From Geopsychrobacteraceae bacterium (GTDB lineage: Bacteria; Desulfobacterota; Desulfuromonadia; Desulfuromonadales; Geopsychrobacteraceae), in NCBI GenBank assembly GCA_963662315.1, contig OY759353.1, positions 64,001-128,000 of the forward strand: a stretch of 64,000 nt of DNA. Reading direction: 5' to 3'. The position numbers and the translations under genes were made by a program. Below, piece after piece: positions 22,218 through 33,396 of the stretch. How positions within the stretch are numbered: the stretch's first letter is position 1; every line of letters starts with the position of its first letter. Under the pieces are notes generated by a model. It had not been told where the DNA came from. It was given only the letters and a program-made list of their open reading frames with translations, and made no database searches.

Positions 22218-22928
22218 ATGCCTGAACAAACCAAGATCCTTGCTGTTGATACAGCTTCCTTAGCAGGGAGTGTTGCCCTGGCTGCTGGCGAGACCCTGGT
22301 TGCTGAAACGTTGCTGAATGTACGCAGCACACACAGCGAGAAGCTTTTGCAACAGGTGGATATGTTACTGGATCAGGCCGGTTGGGCCTTAGCTGATATC
22401 GATCTGTTTGCAGTTGTTGTCGGACCCGGTTCATTTACTGGCCTGCGCATCGGTTTGGCAACGATCAAAGGCCTGGCTCAGACGTTCAATAAGCCTGTTG
22501 CCAGCGTGTCCGCTTTGGAAGTGAGTGCTCTTGGCATGGTCTCTGATCAGTATCCCGTTTGTGCTTTCCTCGATGCACGAAAAAAGGAAGTTTACACCCA
22601 ACTGTTTTCCGTTGGTCCGCAGGGGCCAGTGGCGGCCAGCGAACCACGGGTTATTGCTCCAGGGCTCTTACTGAAGGAGTTTTCTGCCCCGGTTGGTTTT
22701 GTTGGTGATGGCGTGCCGGTTTACCAAGAACTGATTCGGGCCGAACTTGGTGCCAATGCGATCATTGCTCCTCCTCCAAATAACCAGAGGCGTGCCGGAC
22801 AGGTAGCGTGGCTGGCCTACCGGGGTTTTCTGGTGGGCGAGGTTTGCGATGCTTCTGGCATTGTGCCTCTTTACATTCGGCCATCTGATGCTGAGTTGAA
22901 TCTGCCAGCTAGAAGTGCGATCAGTTGA
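22218..22928 (+). CDS. tsaB: t6A37 biosynthesis protein TsaB
   Basis: ILAVDTA, HSEKLL, GPGSFTGLRIG, DARKKEVY, PLYIRPSDAE. Confidence 0.95.
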   Translation: MPEQTKILAVDTASLAGSVALAAGETLVAETLLNVRSTHSEKLLQQVDMLLDQAGWALADIDLFAVVVGPGSFTGLRIGLATIKGLAQTFNKPVASVSALEVSALGMVSDQYPVCAFLDARKKEVYTQLFSVGPQGPVAASEPRVIAPGLLLKEFSAPVGFVGDGVPVYQELIRAELGANAIIAPPPNNQRRAGQVAWLAYRGFLVGEVCDASGIVPLYIRPSDAELNLPARSAIS

Positions 22929-22943
22929 GGTGGCGTTAAGCAG

Positions 22944-22972
22944 TTGACAAGACGCTTCGGATTTGTTTAATT
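22944..22972 (+). promoter_or_regulatory. Putative sigma70 promoter upstream of DUF465 gene leader
   Basis: TTGACA followed 16-17 nt later by TTTAAT/TTAATT. Confidence 0.45.
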
Positions 22973-23170
22973 GAAAGCAGGTGATTCAGAAATTGATTCT
23001 GATTAATCATGGTAGCGTCCCTGGCCTGACAATGATCTTTTCTGCCAGGAATATACTTACCTGGCAGAGGCCCATATTCTGTACTGGATATAAGTTTTTC
23101 AAGAAAGGCAATTTTTCAGAGATGATTTGAGATCAGGGACATAACCCCTATGCACATCGCGGAGGTGCCA

Positions 23171-23389
23171 ATGGACATTGAACAAAATCTTTTAGAAACC
23201 CTTATCGAAAACAACTCCCGTTTCCGCATGCTTTATGAAGAACACAGTCTCTTTGAAAAACAACTCTCCGAATACGACAAAAAAGTCTTTCTTACCCCGC
23301 AGGAAGAACTCGAAAAAAATAAGGTCAAAAAAATGAAGCTCGTCGGGAAAGACGAGATGAAAAGGATTATGCAGTCTGTGACTGTCTAG
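23171..23389 (+). CDS. DUF465/YdcH-family small coiled-coil protein
   Basis: ENNSRFRMLYEEH...LTPQEELEKNKVKKMKLVGKDEM; GGAGG RBS at 23161. Confidence 0.8.
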   Translation: MDIEQNLLETLIENNSRFRMLYEEHSLFEKQLSEYDKKVFLTPQEELEKNKVKKMKLVGKDEMKRIMQSVTV

Positions 23390-23416
23390 GTTTGCATTTT
23401 TTTCATAGTTGTTCAG

Positions 23417-23452
23417 AAAAGGACTTTGGCGCGCGAGCTAAGGTCCTTTTTT
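23417..23452 (+). terminator. Intrinsic terminator
   Basis: AAAAGGACTTTGGC-gcgcga-GCTAAGGTCCTTTTTT. Confidence 0.8.
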
Positions 23453-23674
23453 ATATAGGTGTTTCAAATGTCGGTTGCTAAACCGCAAAACGATGTCGAC
23501 TGTAATCTAACGCTTGACAACTATGTGTGAGTTGTCGAGACTGTCATGCTTATTATATTTAGCAGAACAATGGTGCTCAGCCGCTGTTCTTAGAAACATA
23601 CACTAGTGATTTCAATGTTGATATCGTTTGTTTGCAGGACGATTCCTGGTGGAAATTGCTATGAGGAGGATCAC

Positions 23675-25372
23675 ATGGAATTGACCGGATCGCAAATATT
23701 GCTTGAATGTTTGAAACTTGAAGGGGTGGATACGGTATTTGGTTACCCTGGTGGTGCCGTCATTAACATTTATGATGATCTTTACGACTCTTCGATCAAA
23801 CATATCCTGACTCGTCACGAGCAGGCGGCTGTTCATGCGGCGGACGGGTATGCTCGCAGTACGGGCAAGGTCGGGGTTGCCATAGCAACCAGTGGGCCCG
23901 GTGCGACCAATACAATTACCGGAATTGCGACAGCTTATATGGATTCGATTCCCATGGTTGTTGTCACCGGCCAGGTTCCAACGCCCTTGATAGGTAATGA
24001 TGCTTTTCAGGAAGCGGATATCTGTGGCATGACCCGTACCTGCACCAAGCATAATTTTCTGATCAAGGATGTCCGCGACTTGGCCAGAACTGTCAAGGAA
24101 GCGTTTTATATCGCAAGAACCGGGCGGCCCGGTCCAGTTCTGATCGATTTGCCAAAAGATATCCAGATTGCCAAATATAAATTTTCCTATCCGGATCGCG
24201 TCAGTCTGAGGGGGTATAAGCCGACCTATAGCGGCAATTTCCGCCAGATTGAAAAGGCGGCCAAGATGATTCTGGCCGCGCGCAAGCCGTTGTTGTATAT
24301 CGGTGGTGGTATCAATCTCTCTGCTGCCAACGATGAGCTGCTCAAGCTTGCTGAACAGACCCAGATTCCGGTTACGACGACCCTGATGGCCATGTCCGGC
24401 TTTCCGCAGCGGCACCCGTTGGCACTTGGCATGCTTGGCATGCACGGAACCTTCTATGCTAATATGTCGGTCGCCGAGTGTGATCTGCTGATTGCCGTCG
24501 GCTCCCGTTTTGACGATCGTGTCACCGGGCGCATCGACTGTTTTGCCGAAAAAGCCAAGATTATTCATGTCGATATTGATCCGACTTCAATTCATAAAAA
24601 TGTTGCCGTTGATCTGCCTATCGTCGGAGATTTAAAAGACGTTCTCAGTAAACTAACCGGTCATCTTAATCAGAAGCCTGAACTGCTGGAGGACATGGTT
24701 GACGCCTGCCAGCCCTGGAGAGAGACGATCGCCGAGTGGAAAAATGCTCATCCCATGTGGTACCAGCAATCCAAGGAAGAAATTAAACCGCAATTTGTTA
24801 TTGAAAGGATTCGTGAACTGACAGCGGACGATGCGATTATCACGACTGAAGTTGGCCAGCATCAGATGTGGACTGCACAATTTTTCAGTTTTACCAGACC
24901 GCGGACCTTTTTGACCTCCGGCGGCCTGGGAACCATGGGGTTTGGCCTGCCTGCCGCCTTGGGGGCGCAGGTTGCCTGCCCTGACCGGCAGGTTATCGAC
25001 ATCTCCGGAGACGGTTCATTTCAGATGAATTCGCAGGAGCTGGCAACCCTGGTTCAGTATAAATTGCCAGTCAAGATCGCTATACTCAACAACAATTATC
25101 TGGGCATGGTCCGGCAGTGGCAGCAGATGTTTTTTGAGCAGCGTTATAGTCAGACCCCCATGGAGGTTCCCATTGATTTCATCAAGCTGGCAGAAGCATA
25201 TGGTGCAACTGGTCTGCAGGCTTCCCGGGTCGACGAGGTAGAAGATGTCATCAGAAAAGCCCTTGAAATTCCTGGTCCGGTTCTGATGAATTTTAAGGTG
25301 TGCCGTGAAGAAAACGTGTTGCCCATGGTGCCGGCAGGTAAGGCTATCCATGAAATGGTTCTCGCATCCTAA
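23675..25372 (+). CDS. ilvB: Acetolactate synthase large subunit
   Basis: FGYPGGAV, RHEQAAVHAADGYAR, TSGPGATN, GDGSFQMN, NNNYLGMVRQWQ; GAGGAGG RBS. Confidence 0.97.
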   Translation: MELTGSQILLECLKLEGVDTVFGYPGGAVINIYDDLYDSSIKHILTRHEQAAVHAADGYARSTGKVGVAIATSGPGATNTITGIATAYMDSIPMVVVTGQVPTPLIGNDAFQEADICGMTRTCTKHNFLIKDVRDLARTVKEAFYIARTGRPGPVLIDLPKDIQIAKYKFSYPDRVSLRGYKPTYSGNFRQIEKAAKMILAARKPLLYIGGGINLSAANDELLKLAEQTQIPVTTTLMAMSGFPQRHPLALGMLGMHGTFYANMSVAECDLLIAVGSRFDDRVTGRIDCFAEKAKIIHVDIDPTSIHKNVAVDLPIVGDLKDVLSKLTGHLNQKPELLEDMVDACQPWRETIAEWKNAHPMWYQQSKEEIKPQFVIERIRELTADDAIITTEVGQHQMWTAQFFSFTRPRTFLTSGGLGTMGFGLPAALGAQVACPDRQVIDISGDGSFQMNSQELATLVQYKLPVKIAILNNNYLGMVRQWQQMFFEQRYSQTPMEVPIDFIKLAEAYGATGLQASRVDEVEDVIRKALEIPGPVLMNFKVCREENVLPMVPAGKAIHEMVLAS

Positions 25373-25419
25373 TAATTGTTTTGTGTATGTGACACAGTAA
25401 CCGAAGTGGAAGGTTTGAG

Positions 25420-25911
25420 ATGAAACACACAATTTCTGTATTGGTTGAAAATGAGTTTGGCGTACTGTCGCGTATATCGAGCCTTTTTTCGGGGCGTGGG
25501 TTCAATATCGAAAGTCTTTCCGTTGCTCCGACTCTCGATCCAGAGATATCCCGCATGACGATTGTTACTCATGGTGATGACCGCATTATTGAGCAGATCA
25601 CCAAACAGCTGAATAAGCTGATATCTACAATTAAGGTCGTTGATTTTACCGGAGGGGAGTTTATTGAAAGGGAGCTGGCACTGATAAAAGTTGCCACTGA
25701 AGCTGATACCAGGGCAGAAGCTTTGCGCATTGTTGATATCTTTCGCGCCAAAGTTATTGATGTTACTCCTAAATCGTATACGATTGAAATGACGGGAAGC
25801 CCGAAAAAGGTTGATGGTATTCTTGAGCTCTTGCGCCCCATGGGGATTAAGGAAGTGGTCCGCTCCGGGCCTGTCGTTATCGGTCGTGGCGCCAAGGGAG
25901 TTGCTGGCTGA
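25420..25911 (+). CDS. ilvN: Acetolactate synthase small subunit
   Basis: ENEFGVLSRISSLFSGRGFNIESL ACT domain; ERELALIKV. Confidence 0.97.
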   Translation: MKHTISVLVENEFGVLSRISSLFSGRGFNIESLSVAPTLDPEISRMTIVTHGDDRIIEQITKQLNKLISTIKVVDFTGGEFIERELALIKVATEADTRAEALRIVDIFRAKVIDVTPKSYTIEMTGSPKKVDGILELLRPMGIKEVVRSGPVVIGRGAKGVAG

Positions 25912-25938
25912 AAAGGCCAGATAAAATGGAGATAATAA

Positions 25939-26583
25939 ATGAAGAATGAAAACCAGCCAATTGCTAAAGAAGGATATCCTTTTATTGCCCTGTTCGGATT
26001 TGTGACCCTCGTCTTTGCTTTACTCGACTGGTCCTTTCTTACGATCATACTGTTACTGCTGACGCTCTTCAGTGTTTATTTCTTTCGTAATCCTGAACGG
26101 ACCGTGCCTGCCGGGGAGAAGCTGGTTGTTGCTCCGGCGGATGGTAAGGTCATTTTTGTCGGAGAGGTGGAAGAAGAGCGTTTTTTTAAGCAGCGGGTCA
26201 CTAAAGTCAGTATTTTTATGTCGGTATTCAATGTCCATGTCAACCGTGTCCCCTGCAACGGGAAAGTGGTTGATATGTACTACCAGAAGGGTGACTTTAT
26301 CAATGCTTCTTATGATAAGGCGAGCGATCGTAATGAGCAGTCCGGTATTCTGCTGGAAACAGAGGCTGGTACTCGCATCCTGTTTGTCCAGATTGCCGGC
26401 CTCATTGCTCGGCGCATTGTTACCTACCCGGTGATTGGCGATGTTTTGCGGTGCGGGGAGCGTTATGGCCTTATCCGCTTTGGTTCCCGGGTTGATATCT
26501 ATTTTCCCAAGCATAGTGATGTTACGATCACACTAGGTGAGCGGACTGTAGCTGGCGAAACTATTTTAGGAACATTACCGTGA
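25939..26583 (+). CDS. psd: Phosphatidylserine decarboxylase proenzyme
   Basis: FFRNPER, APADGKV, IFMSVFNVHVNR, QIAGLIARRI, IRFGSRVD cleavage motif. Confidence 0.95.
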   Translation: MKNENQPIAKEGYPFIALFGFVTLVFALLDWSFLTIILLLLTLFSVYFFRNPERTVPAGEKLVVAPADGKVIFVGEVEEERFFKQRVTKVSIFMSVFNVHVNRVPCNGKVVDMYYQKGDFINASYDKASDRNEQSGILLETEAGTRILFVQIAGLIARRIVTYPVIGDVLRCGERYGLIRFGSRVDIYFPKHSDVTITLGERTVAGETILGTLP

Positions 26584-27353
26584 TCGAAGACGAATCTTTA
26601 CGCAAAGAAAAACGTGAAAACGTCCGTAAGGGCGTGTATCTATTGCCAAACCTGATTACTGCTGCTGGAATTTTTGCTGGCTTTTATGTCATTATCGCTT
26701 CTACCAGTGGAGAGTACCAGAAGGCGGCGTGGTTTATTATGCTGGCTGCCGTTTTTGATGGCCTTGACGGGAAGGTCGCCAGGCTGACTGGTACCGCCAG
26801 CAAGTTCGGGGTTGAGCTTGATTCTCTGGCCGATGTTATTTCCTTTGGTGTCGCGCCGGGAGTGCTTCTCTATGAATGGGCGTTGCGCCCCTTTGGCAAG
26901 CTTGGCTGGTTGGCGGCATTTCTGTACGTGATTTGTGGCGCCCTTCGTCTGGCACGCTTTAATGTCCAGGTGGCAACGGTTGAATCGCGCCGTTTTATCG
27001 GGATGCCAATTCCGGCGGCAGCTTGTATCGTCGCGACCTGTGTTCTTCTGTTTTATGAACTGGGTGGCACTGGTACCATCAAAATGGTGTCGATGGTTTT
27101 TTTGGTGTTTTTGCTGGCGTTTCTGATGGTCTGCAACATTAAGTATCTGTCCTTAAAGGACCCTGAGTTATTTAAGCGGCAACCATTCATTATGCTGGTC
27201 CTGGCGATTATTTTATTGATTGTCATTGTCGCCAAGCCTGAAATTATGTTGTTCCTGATCGGTATGGCCTACCTTATTTCCGGGCCTGTCGGGTATTTCT
27301 TTAGTAGAAAGCGGCTGGGACTGCAAAAAGAAACGGAATCATCGTCGGAGTAA
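26580..27353 (+). CDS. pssA: CDP-diacylglycerol--serine O-phosphatidyltransferase
   Basis: DGLDGKVAR...SKFGVELDSLADVISFGVAP, ALRLARFN. Confidence 0.95.
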   Translation: MIEDESLRKEKRENVRKGVYLLPNLITAAGIFAGFYVIIASTSGEYQKAAWFIMLAAVFDGLDGKVARLTGTASKFGVELDSLADVISFGVAPGVLLYEWALRPFGKLGWLAAFLYVICGALRLARFNVQVATVESRRFIGMPIPAAACIVATCVLLFYELGGTGTIKMVSMVFLVFLLAFLMVCNIKYLSLKDPELFKRQPFIMLVLAIILLIVIVAKPEIMLFLIGMAYLISGPVGYFFSRKRLGLQKETESSSE

Positions 27354-27446
27354 GACCTGTGCCGGATCAGGTGAACCGAACTGACAACAAAACGTTAAAA
27401 TAACTTGACTTGATTGAGCGTTTCGGTTTCAATCGATTCTCCAGAT

Positions 27447-27691
27447 AAAAGCGTTGAAGAGGAGTAGTAGGTTTTCTCATCCGTTTCAGAGAGCCGGTGG
27501 TTGCTGCAAACCGGTACGGAGGATGCTGAACTCGCCTCGGAGCTGTCAGGGTGAAGCCGCATGGTTAGCCTTGGTCGTGATCCTGCGTAAAGGGACAAAG
27601 AAGGCTTCGGGTTTTATTTCGAAGCGAACCAGGGTGGTACCGCGAAGTTTAAAGCTCTCGCCCCTGTTTTTACAGGGCGGGAGCTTTTTTT
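27447..27691 (+). promoter_or_regulatory. Leucine-specific T-box riboswitch upstream of leuA
   Basis: AGTA bulge, AGAGA and GCTGCAA stem I motifs, specifier GAA-CTC (Leu) at 27531-27533, T-box AGGGTGGTACCGCG at 27631-27644, terminator 27651-27691. Confidence 0.93.
27651..27691 (+). terminator. T-box attenuator terminator
   Basis: AAAGCTCTCGCCCCTG-ttttta-CAGGGCGGGAGCTTTTTTT. Confidence 0.9.
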
Positions 27692-27830
27692 GTTTAAACA
27701 TCATGAAAGGGGGTGGTTCTGTCGTGGACTCTGACCTAAGTGACCTGCTGACGCAATACCAGTTGACCCAAACAATCGTTACGAACTGCCCCGGTCTTTG
27801 CTAGCTGGGGCTGAGCCAAAGGAGCCTTAT

Positions 27831-29369
27831 ATGAGCCAGGATAAAGTTATTGTTTTTGATACGACATTGCGTGACGGAGAACAGTCTCCGGGCGCAAGCA
27901 TGAATATTGAAGAAAAACTGCGCATTGCCAGTCAGTTGGAGCGCCTTAATGTTGATGTTATGGAAGCAGGCTTTCCCATCGCCTCCGAGGGTGATTTCGA
28001 AGCTGTAAGGCGTATCGCGCAAACGATAAAAGGATGTCAGATCGCAGGGTTGTCCCGCGCCAATAATATGGATATCGACCGGGCCTGGGAAGCTTTGAAA
28101 TATGCCGGTGAGCGGGCCAGAATCCATACCTTTATTGCGACCAGTGATATTCATATGAAGTATAAGCTCAAAATGAGTGAGCAACAGGTTCTGGATGCTG
28201 CCGTTGCTGCCGTGAAACGGGCTGCCGGTTATACGCCGAATGTTGAATTCTCGCCCGAAGATGCTACCCGTACGCGGTTACCGTTTTTGGCTCAGGTCGT
28301 CGAGGCGGTTATTGCTGCTGGCGCGACAACTGTCAATATTCCCGATACGGTTGGTTATACGATTCCGTCGGAGTACGCGACCATCATCTCCTACCTGAAA
28401 GAGAACGTCAGCAATATTGATAAAGCTATCATTTCGGTACACTGTCACAATGACCTGGGGTTGGCTGTGGCCAACTCGCTGGCGGCGGTTCAGGCTGGCG
28501 CGCGTCAGGTTGAGTGCACTATTAACGGTATTGGCGAACGGGCCGGGAACTGTTCGCTGGAAGAGATTGTCATGGCGTTGAAAACAAGACATGACATCCT
28601 GCCGTTTGTTACAGATGTCCAGACTGAGCACATTACCCCGGCCAGTAAGTTACTTTCCACTATTACTGGGTTGCTCATCCAGCCGAACAAGGCAATTGTC
28701 GGCGCCAATGCTTTTGCCCATGAAGCCGGGATCCATCAGCATGGTGTCCTGATGGATAAGTCAACCTATGAGATTATGACCCCAGAGTCCGTTGGCCTTA
28801 ATCAAAACAAGCTGGTCCTCGGCAAACATTCCGGGCGCCATGCTTTTATCGATCGCCTCTCCCAGCTCGGGTACGATCTGTCCCGGGAAGAGAGTGAGAA
28901 GGCCTTCGTGCGCTTCAAAGCTTTGGCGGATATGAAAAAAGCTATCTTCGATGAAGATCTCGATGCCATTGTTGCAGATGAAGTGCTGCGGGTCCCCGAG
29001 GTTTATAAGCTGTTGCAGATGAACGTCAGTTCCGGATCTTTTGCAGCGCCGACCGCGACTGTTGAAATGGAAGTCGACGGCAAGGTGAAGAAAACCGCTG
29101 TCATGGGGGATGGTCCTGTTGATGCGACATTCAAGGCGATTAAGAAGCTGACCAAAAGCAAGGCGCCACTGTTGACCTTTTCCGTTGGCGCAATTACCGG
29201 CGGGACCGATGCCCAGGGAGAGTGTACCGTACGTCTTCAGGCTGAAGAGGGCCGCGAAGTAATTGGCCAGGGTGCGCACCCTGATATTGTTGTGGCCAGT
29301 GCCAAAGCTTATATCAACGCATTGAATAAAATTGTCAACAAACCGGTTAAAACCAATCCTCAGATCTGA
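27831..29369 (+). CDS. leuA: 2-isopropylmalate synthase
   Basis: [50 protein letters not shown]. Confidence 0.98.
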   Translation: MSQDKVIVFDTTLRDGEQSPGASMNIEEKLRIASQLERLNVDVMEAGFPIASEGDFEAVRRIAQTIKGCQIAGLSRANNMDIDRAWEALKYAGERARIHTFIATSDIHMKYKLKMSEQQVLDAAVAAVKRAAGYTPNVEFSPEDATRTRLPFLAQVVEAVIAAGATTVNIPDTVGYTIPSEYATIISYLKENVSNIDKAIISVHCHNDLGLAVANSLAAVQAGARQVECTINGIGERAGNCSLEEIVMALKTRHDILPFVTDVQTEHITPASKLLSTITGLLIQPNKAIVGANAFAHEAGIHQHGVLMDKSTYEIMTPESVGLNQNKLVLGKHSGRHAFIDRLSQLGYDLSREESEKAFVRFKALADMKKAIFDEDLDAIVADEVLRVPEVYKLLQMNVSSGSFAAPTATVEMEVDGKVKKTAVMGDGPVDATFKAIKKLTKSKAPLLTFSVGAITGGTDAQGECTVRLQAEEGREVIGQGAHPDIVVASAKAYINALNKIVNKPVKTNPQI

Positions 29370-29401
29370 GAATGGTACAGATAATATAGACAGGAGATTT
29401 C

Positions 29402-30685
29402 ATGGGCAGGACATTAGCTGAAAAAATTTTTGACAGTCATTTGCGTGACGAACCCTTTGCCGGCACAAAAGTTCTCGATCTCGATCGGGTTTTGTGTCAC
29501 GAAATTACCACCCCGGTCGCTATTGCCGATCTGGTCTGGCGTGACAAGGACAGGGTCTTTGACAAGGACAAGATCAAGGTTGTCATTGATCACGTTACTC
29601 CGGCGAAAGATTCCAAGACCGCAACCCAGGCCAAAATCCTGCGGGATTGGGCTCGGCGGCACGAAATTCCTGACTTTTTTGATGTCGGTCGTAATGGGGT
29701 GTGTCATGCTATTTTCCCGGAAAAGGGTTATATCCGCCCTGGGTTCACGGTCATTATGGGGGACAGCCACACCTGTACCCACGGGGCCTTCGGGGCTTTT
29801 GCGGCAGGTGTCGGAACCACTGATCTCGAAGTGGGTATTCTCAAAGGGGTTTGCGCTTTCCGTGAACCCGCTTCCATAAAGGTCAATCTGACCGGCCGTC
29901 TGGCCACAGGGGTTTATGCCAAAGATGTCATTCTTCATGTCATTGCCCAACTGGGCATGAATGGTGCCACTGATCATGTTATTGAGTTCAGAGGTCCGGT
30001 TGTTGATGCCATGAGTATGGAAGCCCGGATGACGCTCTGTAATATGGCCATTGAGGCAGGTGGAACTTCCGGTATCTGTATGCCGGACATGGTGACCGTT
30101 GACTATTTGTGGGATTTCATCAAGGACGATTACGCCGACAAAGCAGCTGCTTTGGCCGACTATCAGCAGTGGGTTTCTGACGACGACGCAGTCTATGCCA
30201 AAGTGCTCGATATTGATGTGACGAATCTCGAGCCTCAGGCCACTTTTGACTACAAGCCTGATTGCGTCAAAGCCGTTAAGGACCTGGCCGGGACCCGGGT
30301 GGATCAGATCTATATCGGAACCTGCACCAACGGACGGATTGAAGATCTGCGCCAGGCGGCTGAAATCCTCAAAGGGCGTAAAATTGCTGATTCCGTGCGT
30401 GCCATTGTTTCACCGGCGACACCGAAGATCTTTAATGATGCTCTGGCTGAAGGGCTGATTCAGATTTTTATGGATGCTGGCTTCTGTGTTACCAATCCCA
30501 CCTGTGGTGCCTGTCTGGGGATGAGTAACGGGGTTCTCGCAGAAGGTGAAGTTTGTGCTTCGACCAGTAACCGTAATTTTAACGGGCGGATGGGTAAGGG
30601 TGGCATGGTTCATCTGATGAGCCCGGCAACCGCTGCGGCAAGTGCCATCACCGGTGTTATCACCGATGCCAGAACCCTCGCTTAG
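29402..30685 (+). CDS. leuC: 3-isopropylmalate dehydratase large subunit
   Basis: GDSHTCTHGAFGAFA, IGTCTNGRIEDLR, CGACLGM, STSNRNFNGRMG. Confidence 0.95.
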   Translation: MGRTLAEKIFDSHLRDEPFAGTKVLDLDRVLCHEITTPVAIADLVWRDKDRVFDKDKIKVVIDHVTPAKDSKTATQAKILRDWARRHEIPDFFDVGRNGVCHAIFPEKGYIRPGFTVIMGDSHTCTHGAFGAFAAGVGTTDLEVGILKGVCAFREPASIKVNLTGRLATGVYAKDVILHVIAQLGMNGATDHVIEFRGPVVDAMSMEARMTLCNMAIEAGGTSGICMPDMVTVDYLWDFIKDDYADKAAALADYQQWVSDDDAVYAKVLDIDVTNLEPQATFDYKPDCVKAVKDLAGTRVDQIYIGTCTNGRIEDLRQAAEILKGRKIADSVRAIVSPATPKIFNDALAEGLIQIFMDAGFCVTNPTCGACLGMSNGVLAEGEVCASTSNRNFNGRMGKGGMVHLMSPATAAASAITGVITDARTLA

Positions 30686-30700
30686 TTCAGGAGTTTAATC

Positions 30701-31231
30701 ATGCAGAAAAAATTTGGTGGAACGGCCATTTTTCTTGACCGCTCCGATATCAATACCGATGAAATCATTCCGGCCAAGTATTTGACCGAGGTCACTAAAG
30801 AGGCGTTGCGTCCGTATATCCTTGAAGATCTGAAACTTGAAGGGTTTGACCCTAAAGGGAATAAGCTTCAAGAAGCTACCGTGGTTATTTCCCGTGAGAA
30901 CTTCGGTTGTGGTTCTTCGCGCGAACATGCCCCGTGGGTGTTTGAGGTGAACGACGTGCATACGATTATCGCCGAAAGTTACGCCCGTATTTTCCGTCAG
31001 AATATGTTCAACTGCGGAATGCTTGCCATTGAATTGCCAAAGGCCGATATTGATGCTCTGATCTCCCTGCAGGAGCAGGGGGCTGTGGTGATTTCTGTTG
31101 ATCTTGATCTGCAGAATGTCTCCGCAACTGCAGGCTCGGAGACAAAAACGTTCAGCTTTAATATTTCCGCTTTTGACAAGGCTCTGGTCGAGGCTGGCGG
31201 CTGGGTCGAGTTTGCAGATGCCAGATACTGA
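30701..31231 (+). CDS. leuD: 3-isopropylmalate dehydratase small subunit
   Basis: DINTDEIIPAKYL, NFGCGSSREHAPW, AESYARIF. Confidence 0.95.
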   Translation: MQKKFGGTAIFLDRSDINTDEIIPAKYLTEVTKEALRPYILEDLKLEGFDPKGNKLQEATVVISRENFGCGSSREHAPWVFEVNDVHTIIAESYARIFRQNMFNCGMLAIELPKADIDALISLQEQGAVVISVDLDLQNVSATAGSETKTFSFNISAFDKALVEAGGWVEFADARY

Positions 31232-31316
31232 AAATCACCGGTATAGGAACCGGTGATTTTCAGATCACTAAGTTACTGTTTTAAGATCACGCGAACCTGC
31301 TGTTAGGCAGGTTCGC
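31228..31316. terminator. Two hairpins between convergent leuD and dsbC-like gene
   Basis: CTGAAAATCACCGGT...ACCGGTGATTTTCAG (31228-31263) and GCGAACCTGC...GCAGGTTCGC (31291-31316). Confidence 0.65.
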
Positions 31317-31317
31317 T

Positions 31318-32055
31318 CTATTTGCTTTTATTGATTTCCTCAAGCAATACATCCAGCGGTCGGTACCCGGGAACGATCTGGCCGTTTGGCATAATCATGG
31401 TTGGAGTACCACGAATCCCAAGTTGCTGGGCGAGTTGCACATTTTTTTCCGGCGCGTCTGTCTGACAGGTTGGCTCGGGCAGGGATTTCCCGGCAAAGGC
31501 AAGCTCCAGCTGTTCCATTGACTGGTTGCAGACAATGGTCCGGGAAATTTCTTTTGAGCTTTGCTTAAATGGTGAAATCTTTATCTTGAAGGTCAACGAC
31601 GGGTCTTTGTCAACGGCTTCATGCAGTACCTGGTGTAGTTTGCTGCAATAAGGACAATGCGGATCAGTAAAGACGATTATTGGCCGCTTGTTGTCCGCCG
31701 CACCGAGGGTGAGAGCATCGTCCAGAGGAATGGCCGATACATCGACAGGGTTGAGTGCTTTGTAAGCTTCTTCAGTCAGGTTGACCCGGTTTTTAATCAG
31801 GATGATGTTGCCGCTGAACAGATAGGTTCCGGTGGAATCGATGTAAAGCGGATAGATTTTCCCCTGCATCTTCATGTTGACCTGCAATATTCCGGGAATG
31901 TCTGTTGCGGCCACAGACTCGACGTCCCCCTGAATGCCACTGAGAATTTTAATAACGGCCTCCTTGTCCAGAAGTTGTGGATTCTCCGTGGCCGCCGAGA
32001 CTCCGGAGCCTATAAATAAGGCTAGGAAGACTAAAGATAATAGCGTTTTCCGCAT
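31318..32055 (-). CDS. dsbC: DsbC-family thiol:disulfide isomerase
   Basis: Signal peptide, FTDPHCPYCSKLH, GIRGTPT cis-Pro loop, VPGY; AAGGAG RBS. Confidence 0.88.
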   Translation of the reverse strand: MRKTLLSLVFLALFIGSGVSAATENPQLLDKEAVIKILSGIQGDVESVAATDIPGILQVNMKMQGKIYPLYIDSTGTYLFSGNIILIKNRVNLTEEAYKALNPVDVSAIPLDDALTLGAADNKRPIIVFTDPHCPYCSKLHQVLHEAVDKDPSLTFKIKISPFKQSSKEISRTIVCNQSMEQLELAFAGKSLPEPTCQTDAPEKNVQLAQQLGIRGTPTMIMPNGQIVPGYRPLDVLLEEINKSK

Positions 32056-32146
32056 AAATGGACTCCTTAGGGTTAAAAGAATAAACAAGTCAAAACCTTA
32101 GCACAGTCGGGATGCTGTTGTCAGTATTCAGGTGAGTAAAAATGGT

Positions 32147-32175
32147 TTGACAAAAAAATGACCCCTTCCTATATT
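32147..32175 (+). promoter_or_regulatory. sigma70 promoter of leuB
   Basis: TTGACA-N17-TATATT. Confidence 0.75.
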
Positions 32176-32191
32176 TTGGCCATTTTTATAA

Positions 32192-33331
<1,140 letters not shown>

Positions 33332-33358
33332 TGCCAAGCGATAACCCTGACCAATCTT

Positions 33359-33383
33359 AAAGGGAGCCTGCGGGCTCCCTTTT
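33359..33383 (+). terminator. Intrinsic terminator after leuB
   Basis: AAAGGGAGCC-tgcg-GGCTCCCTTTT. Confidence 0.8.
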
Positions 33384-33396
33384 CTGACTGCAGATT

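Noticed and set aside
23546..23593. Possible ilvB leader peptide MLIIFSRTMVLSRCS
   Set aside because: No RBS, no strong run of Ile/Leu/Val codons and no attenuator terminator before ilvB.
23612..24568. 318-aa minus-strand ORF and similar antisense or alternative-frame ORFs
   Set aside because: They lie within well-supported genes and lack motifs or an RBS.
27454..27804. 116-aa ORF upstream of leuA
   Set aside because: It coincides with the T-box RNA and crosses its terminator.
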